Below are positions 19,028-28,794 of a stretch of DNA of 64,000 nucleotides, piece by piece (the stretch's first letter is position 1; each line of letters starts with the position of its first letter). Origin of the DNA: Bacteroidota bacterium (lineage in GTDB: Bacteria > Bacteroidota > Bacteroidia > Chitinophagales > Chitinophagaceae); NCBI GenBank assembly GCA_040007355.1, contig JBDTVE010000251.1, forward strand, positions 30,820 to 94,819. The letters run 5' to 3'. The notes under the pieces were generated by a model. It saw only the letters and a list, made by a program, of their open reading frames with translations. It did no database searches and was not told the origin of the DNA. The translations under genes were made by a program, and so were the position numbers.

Positions 19028-20758
19028 TCAGATATTTCCTTTTTTTAGTTCTCCCATGGCAAAATCCGCCGCCCTGGCTGTTAACGCCATATAGGTAAGT
19101 GAGGGGTTCTGGCAGGCGCTGGATACCATGCAGGCGCCATCGGTCACAAAAATATTTTTAGCCTCCCATACCTGGTTGTGCGCGTTAAGTACCGATGTTT
19201 TGGGGTCTTTCCCCATCCGGGCGCTGCCCATTTCATGAATGCCCTGGCCGATATTATAATCTTTGTCCCAGGTTTTAATATTTTTTACTCCGGCCGCTTC
19301 AAACATGGCCACCAGTTCTTTGATAATGTCTTTACGCATTTTCAATTCGTTCTCTTTCAGCCCCGCATCCATGGTAAGCACGGGTAGACCCCATTTGTCT
19401 TTAACAGTTTTATTCAACGATACTGTATTTTCGTGGTAAGGCAAAATCTCTCCAAAACCTGTTGCGCCAATGGTCCAGCCACCAGGTTCCGTGAGTGCGT
19501 CTTTGAAATCCGACCCAATGTTTAATTCAGCAACATCGCGGGACCATCCCTGGCGACTGGCACTTCCCTGGTACCCGTATCCGCGCAGAAAATCACGTTT
19601 ATCGCCGTACAGGTTGGCAAACCGCGTAATATAAAAACCATTTGCACGACGCCCATAATAGTATTTGTCTTCGTAGCCTTCCACGGTGCCCTCGGCGCCC
19701 AGCATATAGTGATGATCCATAATATTATGCCCCAGTTCACCGCTGCTGCTGCCCAGGCCTTCGGGCCATATATCCGTAGCCGAATTCATCAATACCCAGG
19801 CGCTGTTCAATGCAGACGCATTCAGAAAAACAATTTTAGAATAAAATTCATAGGTCTTGTTTGTTTCTGCATCCAGCACTTCAACACCGGTTGCCCTTTT
19901 TGTATTTTTATCGAAGATGATCCGGGTAACAATACTCCAGGGTCTTACCGTTAGATTGCCGGTAGCCCGGGCCGCGGGTAAGGTAGACGACTGCGTGCTG
20001 AAATATCCGCCAAAGGGGCAACCTTCCCAGCAACGGTTCCTGAACTGGCATTGCGTTCTGCCCGGAATTGCTTGGGTAAGATTGGCTACGCGGCCAATCA
20101 CCATATGGCGCTGTTCCTTATAAAAAGATTTTATTCTTGCGGCAACATCCTTTTCAACACAATTGAGTTCCATGGGTGGCAAAAAATGTCCATCGGGCAA
20201 ATGGGCCAGACCTTCTTTTGAGCCACTGATCCCCGCAAATTTTTCCACATAATCGTACCAGGGTGCTATCTCCTTATACCGGATGGGCCAGTCAATGGCG
20301 ATGCCGTCTTTTGCATTGGCATCAAAATCCAGGTCGCTTAACCGGTAGCTTTGCCGGCCCCATAAAAGGGAGCGGCCACCCAGCTGGTAACTGCGCCACC
20401 ACGCAAACGGTTGTGCCTGCACGTAAGGAGATTCCTTTTCATTGACCCAGGAATCCAGGATAGCTTCCTGTGCAGCCGTTCCGTACATAGCCCAGTCTCT
20501 TGATATCACAGGATTGTCTTTAGTGTATTGCAGGGGCGCTTTACCACGGTGTGTAAACTGCCAGGGATCTTTGTCGGCAGAAGTATAGTCCTTTATATGC
20601 TCGTGCGGACGGCCGCGTTCCAGCATTAATACTTTTAATCCTTTTTCTGTTAACTCTTTTGCCGCCCAGCCTCCGCTGATGCCGGATCCTATGATAACGG
20701 CATCATAGGTGTACTGTTCAACAGCTTTATTGTTTACAAGAAGAGTATCGCCCGGCAT
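19028..20758 (-). CDS. GMC family FAD-dependent oxidoreductase
   Basis: N-terminal Rossmann fold YDAVIIGSGISGGWAAKELTEKGLKVLMLERG and C-terminal GMC region ...HEMGSARMG...NIFVTDGA. Confidence 0.85.
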   Translation of the reverse strand: MPGDTLLVNNKAVEQYTYDAVIIGSGISGGWAAKELTEKGLKVLMLERGRPHEHIKDYTSADKDPWQFTHRGKAPLQYTKDNPVISRDWAMYGTAAQEAILDSWVNEKESPYVQAQPFAWWRSYQLGGRSLLWGRQSYRLSDLDFDANAKDGIAIDWPIRYKEIAPWYDYVEKFAGISGSKEGLAHLPDGHFLPPMELNCVEKDVAARIKSFYKEQRHMVIGRVANLTQAIPGRTQCQFRNRCWEGCPFGGYFSTQSSTLPAARATGNLTVRPWSIVTRIIFDKNTKRATGVEVLDAETNKTYEFYSKIVFLNASALNSAWVLMNSATDIWPEGLGSSSGELGHNIMDHHYMLGAEGTVEGYEDKYYYGRRANGFYITRFANLYGDKRDFLRGYGYQGSASRQGWSRDVAELNIGSDFKDALTEPGGWTIGATGFGEILPYHENTVSLNKTVKDKWGLPVLTMDAGLKENELKMRKDIIKELVAMFEAAGVKNIKTWDKDYNIGQGIHEMGSARMGKDPKTSVLNAHNQVWEAKNIFVTDGACMVSSACQNPSLTYMALTARAADFAMGELKKGNI

Positions 20759-20877
20759 AGTATTGTTTTATATCTTGTGAGCGTTTTTTATTGACCGCAT
20801 TTCAGTGCTATTCCATATGGTTGCGTAGCACACTGCTACTGCATCACATTAGTGATTACGCCGACCCTGCTTTATCG

Positions 20878-21540
20878 TTATTTCAATGTTTCTATTTCTA
20901 TTTTCCGGTAATAGATCTCCGCGCCTTCGGACTGGATAATGATCCGCCCTTTGCTAATGCTTGGATCGGTTGCCTCGTTTACTACTTTACCATTTACAAT
21001 ATGGGTAATTCTGCCGTTATTGGCGATCACTTCTACGCGGTTCCATTGGCCATAAGGGTTCTCCGCATCTGTTTTCTTTTTGGCGGTGGCATAATCCTTC
21101 GGCGCTGTTCGTATGCCATTTACTACAATGGTAACGCTATCAACCATCCAGAAATCTCCCACATCGCCTTCCTGTATCTGGCATTCAATGCTTTTGGGCC
21201 ATATCTTGTCTTTTGTCAACTGCACAAAATATAATATACCGTTATCCCTTTTGATGGTGTCTGCATCGCGGGGCGGATATTTCTTTGTTCCCCATTTGAA
21301 CTCCACCACCAGGTGAAAATTAGCAAATTCGTCTTTGGTGCAGAGATAGCCAAATTCCTTCCCGGAAATATGCAGAAGTCCTTTCTCAACGGAAAAGACC
21401 TTGTCTGGGTCATCCGTACCATTGGTTTTTAGAAACCGGTGCCAGTTCTGCAGATTTTTTCCATTGAACAGCGCGTGCATACCTTGCGCCTGACCGTTAT
21501 AATAAACAAATATTAAAAAAAGAAGGGCTAACTTTTTCAT
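20878..21540 (-). CDS. DUF1080 (3-keto-disaccharide hydrolase family, PF06439) secreted protein
   Basis: Signal peptide, LFNGKNLQNW, FHLVVEFKW, GILYF and IIIQSEGAEIYYRKIEI are typical DUF1080 jelly-roll signatures. Confidence 0.8.
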   Translation of the reverse strand: MKKLALLFLIFVYYNGQAQGMHALFNGKNLQNWHRFLKTNGTDDPDKVFSVEKGLLHISGKEFGYLCTKDEFANFHLVVEFKWGTKKYPPRDADTIKRDNGILYFVQLTKDKIWPKSIECQIQEGDVGDFWMVDSVTIVVNGIRTAPKDYATAKKKTDAENPYGQWNRVEVIANNGRITHIVNGKVVNEATDPSISKGRIIIQSEGAEIYYRKIEIETLK

Positions 21541-21576
21541 TGTTATGTATTTATTTGGTTTAAAATAATTATTGTT

Positions 21577-24500
21577 TTAAGAGGCTGGTTTACGAAGGCC
21601 ACCTGGTTTTTTTATTAGAGATTTTGCAGCAGGCAATTCATAAAACCTGGGTGCCTCATTGTTCATGGCAAAGATGGTCAGCGCTTTGTTGCCTGCTTTA
21701 ACGGTTGTGATATTACGTACCTGTCCTTTAACCAGAATGCCGCTCTGCATTTCGTTTACCGTTGTAAAATTACCTTTGCCATCGCCTTTGAGCAACAATC
21801 CGTAGCTGGCATCATATATCCCCGCCTCCGGTTTACTCTGGTAAAAATTACCACCCAGCAAGATGTCCATCTGCCCGTCTCCGTCATAGTCTTCTACCGA
21901 CAACCCATATACACACGAAAACTGCGCCTCCACCGGTAAGGGGTTCAGGCTGAACCCGCCCTTGCCGTTGTTCAGTAGCACGCTGCTCCGCATTTCCCGG
22001 GCTTCCAGCTTCACCGCATTTTCCAGTTGCTCGGGGGTAAAAATATCTTCTATCGTCTGTTCCTTGTAGTTCTCATATTTTAAATACTTTTTCTTCAGGT
22101 ATGGCAGCTCCCCTACCAGGTCGTGACGAAGCGCCACCGGGTAGGCCTTGTCTCCATTGTAACACGTTATTACTTGTTCTACGTTCCCGTTGCCATCAAA
22201 ATCACTTACATACATCCGTACCGGTTTGTTCACGCTGCATTTAAACCTCGAGTTCAACCCATGGTTGCCCGCTACGATGTCCGGGTAACCATCTCCGTTT
22301 ATATCTGCTACCACCAACCGATTCCACCAGCCATTGCTCGCTGATAATCCCGCTGCCCCGGTGGTTTCCCTTAATTGACCGTTCTCATTGTGGAATATCC
22401 GTACCGGCATATACTCGCCTGTTACCACCAAATCCATTTTCCCATCCCGGTCGTAATCAAACCATTTGGCATCCGTTATCATCCCGGCCGTTTCAAGCGC
22501 CGGGCATACCTGCGCCGTTATATCGGTAAATATACCCTTGCCGTTGTTCTGCAGCACATACCCTTTGCACGGGTAACCATACATAAACGGTTTCAGTCTT
22601 ACCCCAACAAACAGATCCTGGTCGCCGTCTCCATCGAAGTCTGAAGCCGTTACACAGGAGGCGCTTTCAAATACCGTTGCCGAGGGAAGCAACTGTGGTG
22701 ATTTATTAAAGTTCCCATGGCCGTCATTGATATACAAACGGCTGATCAGTTCCGTTGATTTCGCCGAAAACTCATTGCCACCGCTGCATACAAACAAATC
22801 CTGGTCCCCGTCTCCGTCTGCATCAAAAAACAAACAATCCGTGTCTTCACTTCCCTTATCCTTTTCCAGTAATGACTCGTTGCTTTTTTTAAACCGGCCG
22901 TTCCGTTCCTGGAGGTATAGCGCCCCGGCCTGGTCTTTGGCTCCGCAGATATAAATATCCTCCAGTCCATCCCCGTTTACATCGCCCTTGGCCATCCGAG
23001 GCCCTTCGGTGCTGAGCATATGGAAGATCAGTTTATCACGGTCAAAATCAGAGAACTCATTCTCTCGGTGTACAAAATCTATCCCGTAATTACTGCTGCT
23101 TTCTTTGAAGATGGTGGGCAAGGCTGCTTTAGCGGTTCGGGCTGCCATGGGCGGTGAACCATTCTCCTGTTTTACCCTTAATATCCGGTTGGGTTTTATA
23201 TCCCGTATTGTTTCCTGTCTTCCGTCGGGCCAGTGTACTACCAACGAATCTATCTTTTCTGTTTTGCCCAGCCCAAAGTTCATCCGGCTGTCCACCGTTG
23301 ATTCAAAACCCCGCATGGGCATCTCTTCCAGGTAAGAAAGCGTATGGTTATAATACACCGTTACGCCTGTCCCGATGCCAAACCGGTTCTTCCCGCTTCC
23401 TTCCAGTATCACTTTCAAAAATTTATTCTCGGGGTGCTGCTGTATGCTCTGGTTGCGGTATACAAAGGCCGGCATGTTTACATTGTTCACCACCAAGTCC
23501 AGGTCACCATCGTTATCCAGGTCGCCGTATGCACTCCCATTTGAAAATCCCGGCGCATCCAATCCCCATTCAGCGGAACGGTTCGTAAACGTTAGATCCC
23601 CGTTATTGCTGTACGCATAGTTTGATATCGGGTTGGAGGGTATTAAATCAATCAGTGCTTTGTAGTTTCCCTTTTGTTTATTTGCTACAATCCCGTTCAT
23701 GATCTCGCGGTTGGAAATATACTGGATATAATCTTCGTTGGTAAGATCCTGGTATATTCCGTTGGCAATAAAGATGTCCTTCAGACCGTCGTTATTCAAA
23801 TCGGCTATCAGGGCTCCCCAGCTCCAGTCGGTGGCGCTCACTCCGGCCAGCCGGCCTATCTCGCTAAAGGTCTTATTGCCATTGTTCAGCTGCAACGTAT
23901 TCCGGGTAAACTGATGAAAATAATCATATTTAAGATCCAGCTGGTATTTATCCCAGTTCTCAAAAGTGGTGTTTACCTTAATGCGGGCTTCCTTTTCCGG
24001 TAGCATTTCGGTAACAAAAATATCGGGTTTCCCGTCGTTGTTAATATCGGCCATATCGGCACCCATAGAAGCGTTACTGATGCTGTGCATGCTCGATTCC
24101 AGCGATTCGGTGAACGTACCGTCTTTATTGTTGATATATAAATAGTCCCTTTCAAAAAAATCATTCGATACATAGATATCCTGCCAGCCGTCACCATTCA
24201 CATCGCCCACCGTTACACCCATTCCAAAACCAATAATGCTTCCGTAGATATTGGCCTGGGCGCTCACATCGGTAAAATGGCTGCCATCATTGCGATATAG
24301 TTTGTGCCCCCCGAGCGAATCCCTTACATTACGCTCATTGTGCTGGAGATTAAAACTGCCGATGGGCTTAAATGAATTATTCAGCAGGAACAGGTCCAGG
24401 TCACCATCGTGGTCATAGTCGAAAAAAGCGGCGTGCGTGGAATAGCCCTTGTCTGCGAGCCCGTAGGCAGCCGCCTCTTCGGTAAAATGGAGATTGCCGT

Positions 24501-24984
24501 TATTGATATACAGTTCGTTTTGCTTATTGTCGTTTTTTATATCACCGCTGTTGCAAACATAGATGTCCAGCAAGCCATCCCCGTTTACATCGGCCATGCT
24601 TACACCGGTTGACCATTTTCCTTTTTTTAATATGCCAGCCTTCTCAGTAATATCCTCAAATTTAAAATTCCCCTTGTTTAAATAAAGCCGGTTGGGCAGC
24701 ATATTGGCGGTAAAAAAAATATCTATCAGGCCATCGTTGTTGATATCGCCCAGGGCAACCCCGCCGCCGTTATAGAAATTGCGGTATGAAAAAACATTAA
24801 ACTGGTCGTCGTAGGTGAGTTTGTTAATGAAATCAATATTGGTAGAATCCTGCGGAAGTGTTTCAAAAAGTGTTGTTTCCTTTTTCCCGCCCTGTTTACA
24901 GGCAGCCAGCAGCAGCACCATCGGCAGCAGGTATAAAACGGCTTTTCTGAGCGTCCCGTTTGCAACAAATCCTTTCCTTCTCAT
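21577..24984 (-). CDS. FG-GAP/VCBS repeat protein with ASPIC/UnbV domains (CRTAC1 family), lipoprotein-like signal
   Basis: More than 12 D-x-N-x-D-G-x-x-D repeats (DINNDGLIDIFF, DVNGDGLLDIYV, DYDHDGDLDLFL, DLDNDGDLDLVV ...). It also has a UnbV/ASPIC-like block GIGTGVTVYYN...NFGLGKTEKIDSLVVHWPDGRQ and an N-terminal LLLAAC lipobox-like motif. Confidence 0.85.
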   Translation of the reverse strand: MRRKGFVANGTLRKAVLYLLPMVLLLAACKQGGKKETTLFETLPQDSTNIDFINKLTYDDQFNVFSYRNFYNGGGVALGDINNDGLIDIFFTANMLPNRLYLNKGNFKFEDITEKAGILKKGKWSTGVSMADVNGDGLLDIYVCNSGDIKNDNKQNELYINNGNLHFTEEAAAYGLADKGYSTHAAFFDYDHDGDLDLFLLNNSFKPIGSFNLQHNERNVRDSLGGHKLYRNDGSHFTDVSAQANIYGSIIGFGMGVTVGDVNGDGWQDIYVSNDFFERDYLYINNKDGTFTESLESSMHSISNASMGADMADINNDGKPDIFVTEMLPEKEARIKVNTTFENWDKYQLDLKYDYFHQFTRNTLQLNNGNKTFSEIGRLAGVSATDWSWGALIADLNNDGLKDIFIANGIYQDLTNEDYIQYISNREIMNGIVANKQKGNYKALIDLIPSNPISNYAYSNNGDLTFTNRSAEWGLDAPGFSNGSAYGDLDNDGDLDLVVNNVNMPAFVYRNQSIQQHPENKFLKVILEGSGKNRFGIGTGVTVYYNHTLSYLEEMPMRGFESTVDSRMNFGLGKTEKIDSLVVHWPDGRQETIRDIKPNRILRVKQENGSPPMAARTAKAALPTIFKESSSNYGIDFVHRENEFSDFDRDKLIFHMLSTEGPRMAKGDVNGDGLEDIYICGAKDQAGALYLQERNGRFKKSNESLLEKDKGSEDTDCLFFDADGDGDQDLFVCSGGNEFSAKSTELISRLYINDGHGNFNKSPQLLPSATVFESASCVTASDFDGDGDQDLFVGVRLKPFMYGYPCKGYVLQNNGKGIFTDITAQVCPALETAGMITDAKWFDYDRDGKMDLVVTGEYMPVRIFHNENGQLRETTGAAGLSASNGWWNRLVVADINGDGYPDIVAGNHGLNSRFKCSVNKPVRMYVSDFDGNGNVEQVITCYNGDKAYPVALRHDLVGELPYLKKKYLKYENYKEQTIEDIFTPEQLENAVKLEAREMRSSVLLNNGKGGFSLNPLPVEAQFSCVYGLSVEDYDGDGQMDILLGGNFYQSKPEAGIYDASYGLLLKGDGKGNFTTVNEMQSGILVKGQVRNITTVKAGNKALTIFAMNNEAPRFYELPAAKSLIKKPGGLRKPAS

Positions 24985-25229
24985 TTTACGTCCTTAACTT
25001 TTGCTCGGTTAACAAAATCGGTATCATCAACTTTTATCATTGCATCATTAAACCGTACCACCGTTATTCTACTGCAGTACAATAACGCAGGTTAATATTA
25101 ACCTTAAAAATAGGCCCAATTTTCAATAAACTAAGCAAGTCATATGTTATTACTTACTTTGTTAATGCGTGCGTTATCAGAACCGGGTCAACACATTAAT
25201 AGCCCGTGTTTTGATGAAGGTTCTTATAA

Positions 25230-25856
25230 GCATTTATCTAAGCATCGGGAATGGGGAATATATTCAGGTGATTGATTCCATTGGAGCCAGGGCATCTGCG
25301 GGATCTGCAGCGTGAAACTGGAAGGCATTATTATGATGCCAAAGCGAAGCATGTCTTGGCTTTGTCAGCCTTCGGCAAACCGCTCTCTGCTCGTGTTCTG
25401 CCAGGAAGGAAGCTGTGGCTGAACGTTTCGTGGAACTGATAAATATTTTACAGGCCCTGGCCCGTTCTTCGTATTACATGCTGCTGAACGCGCAGGGAAC
25501 ACTGCCTATCGCCCTCCGAAATGTGCATACTCGTCTTCAGAATATCTTTAGCTATATAGAGCAAAATTTCCAGGAAGAAATAAATACAAAACCGTGGCCG
25601 ATATTATCCACCTTACGGTTCCTGCTTTTTGCAACTATTTTAAAAACCCCCGGAATCTTACTTTACCGATTTTAATAACCAATATCGGATAGAACAGGCC
25701 CCTGTATGCTCTTGCAGCAGGAAAATTAGTGGGGAAGTATGTTTTGAATGTGGTTTTTAGAATGTACTCTATTTTAATAAAGTATTCAAGAATATCGTTA
25801 AGAAGACACCTTCAGAATTCAAAAAAACAATATCAATGGACTTGCGTCTGCCGTAA
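25230..25856 (+). pseudogene. Disrupted AraC-family transcriptional regulator
   Basis: The AraC HTH region is readable only by changing frame: IFSYIEQNFQEEINTK | TVADIIHLTVPAFCNYFK | SYFTDFNNQYRIEQA...EVCFECGF*NVLYFNKVFKNIVKKTPSEFKK. That is at least 2 frameshifts plus an in-frame TAG at 25758-25760. The stop is TAA 25854-25856. The 5' boundary is uncertain. Confidence 0.6.
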
Positions 25857-25982
25857 GTAGCAGGTGCCGTGCGCTCAGCGTGAGCATTTTGCATGAAACC
25901 GCCCATACACAAGACCCATCAACAATTCGCCAGTTCCTACTCCCTCGGACCGTTTGTAATAAAAACACGAACTTTGCCCGCT

Positions 25983-26603
25983 ATGCATACCACCGATATT
26001 TCAATTGCGGTTCTGCCCGTGATGGAAAGCTTTTATACCCTGCAGGGTGAGGGTTTTCACCAGGGTAGGGCAGCCTATTTTATCCGCCTGGGCGGCTGCG
26101 ATGTTGGCTGTAGCTGGTGCGATGTTAAGGAAAGCTGGGACGCAGCCAGCCATCCGCAGGTCTCCATCCCGGAAATAGTGGCTTCCGCAAAAAAATACCC
26201 GGGCCGCCTGGCAGTAATAACAGGCGGTGAGCCCCTTTTACATAACCTGGATGAATTAACCAGTGCCCTGCAGCGCCAGGGTTTTCAAACCCATATTGAA
26301 ACCTCCGGTTCGGCGTCCTTAAGCGGCCGGTGGAACTGGATCTGTCTTTCTCCCAAAAAATTCAAAGCCCCGTTGCCGGAAACCGTTCGTCGCGCCGATG
26401 AGCTAAAAGTGATTGTTTTTAATATTTCCGATTTTAAATGGGCCGAGCAATATGCCGCGCAGGTAAAGCAGGGATGCCGCTTATACCTGCAGCCGGAATG
26501 GGGAAAAATGAGTACCATTACGCCATTTATCGTAGATTATATAAAAGAAAATCCTCAATGGGAGCTAAGCCTTCAGCTTCACAAATACATTAACGTTCCT
26601 TAA
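25983..26603 (+). CDS. queE: 7-carboxy-7-deazaguanine synthase QueE (radical SAM)
   Basis: FYTLQGEGFHQGRAAYFIRLGGCDVGCSWCDVKESW (CxxxCxxC cluster). The track ORF begins at 25893, but the QueE-length protein starts at ATG 25983. Confidence 0.85.
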   Translation: MHTTDISIAVLPVMESFYTLQGEGFHQGRAAYFIRLGGCDVGCSWCDVKESWDAASHPQVSIPEIVASAKKYPGRLAVITGGEPLLHNLDELTSALQRQGFQTHIETSGSASLSGRWNWICLSPKKFKAPLPETVRRADELKVIVFNISDFKWAEQYAAQVKQGCRLYLQPEWGKMSTITPFIVDYIKENPQWELSLQLHKYINVP

Positions 26604-26710
26604 AAAACGGCTTTTGTACCTTTGCAAACCAGGGATTTAAGAGAATAAATGCCTAGTAACTGCGTTAAAAGACAGTACCGGCAGCTCCTGGCCGGGTAAC
26701 TTTAATAATC

Positions 26711-28624
26711 ATGTTCATGAAGTTTGTTTGTGCTATCCTCAGTATCTTTTTCTTTTGTGTGGGCCATGCGCAGCAGTACGACCCCGAAAAAGTAAACAAA
26801 AAAGCCGCGGCTCTATACTCACAGGCTTTGCAACAGGCAACAGACGGCAACTTAAAAGAAGGCATCAGCCTGCTGCAACAGGCTGTGCACATAGATCATC
26901 ATTTCCTGGATGCCTATCTTTCTATTGCAGGGATGTACGGGGAACAAAAAAATTATGATAGCGCCATCGGCAATTATGAGACGGCCCGGGCCATCGACAG
27001 CGTTTATTTCAGGGATTATAACCTGCCCTATTCCATTAACCTGGCCGGACGGGGATTGTTTGAAAAAGCGCTGGCTGCGGTGGAGGAATTCAATACCATT
27101 CCCAACCTGAACCCAAGCAGCCTGAAGGCCGGCGATTATCGCAGGCGCTGTTACCAGTTCGCAATCGACTATAAAAAAAATACAGCCGGAAGCAATTATA
27201 AATTTGAACCGGTTAACCTGGGCGACAGCATCAACACAAACGTATCAGAGTATTTCCCCGCCCTCACCATCGATAGTAAACAACTGATTTTTACACGACG
27301 TGTGAGGAGCGTAAACGAGGATTTTTTTGAAACCAATAATAAAAATGGCGCATGGTCCATGGCCCGGCCACTGCCGGGTAGCATCAATACCAATTTTAAT
27401 GAAGGTGCCCAAAGTATTTCACAGGATGGCCAGTGGCTGATATTCACGGGCTGCAATTTTCCCGAAGGTTATGGCAGTTGCGATCTATACATTTCTTACC
27501 TCACGCCCGAGGGCTGGAGCGCTGCGGAAAACATGGGCAACCGGATCAATTCGGACCAATGGGAATCTGCTCCCAGTCTATCTGCAGACAAGCGCGATTT
27601 GTATTTTGCCAGCCGGCGCGCCGGTGGCTATGGCGGCAGCGATATCTATGTAAGCCATTTGCTGGGCGGCCGCTGGAGCGAACCTGTAAACCTGGGACCG
27701 GAAATAAATACGATTGGCGACGAAAGCTGCCCCTTTATTCACGCCGACAACCAAACCCTGTATTTTACCAGTAGTGGTCACCAGGGCTATGGGGGCGATG
27801 ATCTATTTATCGTACGCAAAGGCCTGAAAGGCGCCTGGAGCCGTCCGGAGAACCTCGGCTACCCGATCAATACCATTGAAAATGAAGGCAGCCTGGTCAT
27901 CACGGCAGATGGTACGGTGGCTTACTATGCAAGTGACCGGGGCGACAGTCGCGGCGGGCTTGACCTGTACACTTTTCCCCTGCGCAGCGATATACAACCC
28001 ATTAAAACATTATGGGTAAAAGGAAAAGTATTTGATAAAAAAACCGGCAAAGGCCTGCCTTCAGCCATTGAACTGGCCGACCTGGGAACCAAGGAGATCA
28101 TCAGCAAAGTGCAAACAGACGAAACCGGTAATTACCTGATCACCCTGCCCGTGGGAAAAGACTATGCATTTAATGTAAACCGGAAGGGCTATTTATTTTT
28201 CTCGGATAATTTTCCGCTCAGCCAAAAACCGCCCGATTCTACCTATAACATTGATATACCCCTGCAACCACTGGAAGCCAACGCCAGTATCATCCTAAAG
28301 AATATTTTCTTTGATATTAATAAATATGAACTGAAACCCGCTTCGCAGGTAGAACTTGACAACCTGGTAAAACTGATGAAGGACAACCCCACCCTGAAAA
28401 TCCAGATCAACGGGCATACGGACAATATAGGCAAAGCCACCGACAATATAACGCTCTCCAATAACCGCGCAAAGGCAGTGGTGGATTATATCAGCTCAAA
28501 AGGCATCGATCCAAAAAGAATGAGCTACCAGGGCTTTGGTGACAAACTGCCCCTGGCCGATAATAAAACCGAAGAAGGCCGGGCCAGGAACCGGAGAACC
28601 GAACTAAAAGTGGTCGCGCAGTGA
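26711..28624 (+). CDS. OmpA-family protein with N-terminal TPR and TolB-like PD40 beta-propeller repeats
   Basis: Signal peptide and TPR-like region, then repeated ...SE.FP..S.DG..L.F.S.R.GG.G..D.Y... (PD40). The C-terminal OmpA-like peptidoglycan-binding motif is GHTDNIGKATDNITLSNNRAKAV...NRRTEL. Confidence 0.85.
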   Translation: MFMKFVCAILSIFFFCVGHAQQYDPEKVNKKAAALYSQALQQATDGNLKEGISLLQQAVHIDHHFLDAYLSIAGMYGEQKNYDSAIGNYETARAIDSVYFRDYNLPYSINLAGRGLFEKALAAVEEFNTIPNLNPSSLKAGDYRRRCYQFAIDYKKNTAGSNYKFEPVNLGDSINTNVSEYFPALTIDSKQLIFTRRVRSVNEDFFETNNKNGAWSMARPLPGSINTNFNEGAQSISQDGQWLIFTGCNFPEGYGSCDLYISYLTPEGWSAAENMGNRINSDQWESAPSLSADKRDLYFASRRAGGYGGSDIYVSHLLGGRWSEPVNLGPEINTIGDESCPFIHADNQTLYFTSSGHQGYGGDDLFIVRKGLKGAWSRPENLGYPINTIENEGSLVITADGTVAYYASDRGDSRGGLDLYTFPLRSDIQPIKTLWVKGKVFDKKTGKGLPSAIELADLGTKEIISKVQTDETGNYLITLPVGKDYAFNVNRKGYLFFSDNFPLSQKPPDSTYNIDIPLQPLEANASIILKNIFFDINKYELKPASQVELDNLVKLMKDNPTLKIQINGHTDNIGKATDNITLSNNRAKAVVDYISSKGIDPKRMSYQGFGDKLPLADNKTEEGRARNRRTELKVVAQ

Positions 28625-28794
28625 GCGTTCGGAGCCGGGAGTCCGTAGTTGGTAGTCGGTAGTCTGATGCCCAGGCCATAATACAACCAACCAAGAACTT
28701 TGTATTATAGACTATAGACGCCCGACTAAAAAATGCGGCTATCTTCAAAATAATTTTCTACATTCATTCTTTATAAACCTATCCTTTAAAAAGA

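Noticed and set aside
25857-25982. Possible preQ1 riboswitch upstream of queE
   Set aside because: I could see no compact hairpin or A-rich tail matching the preQ1 aptamer. The region is explained by the AraC relic's 3' end.
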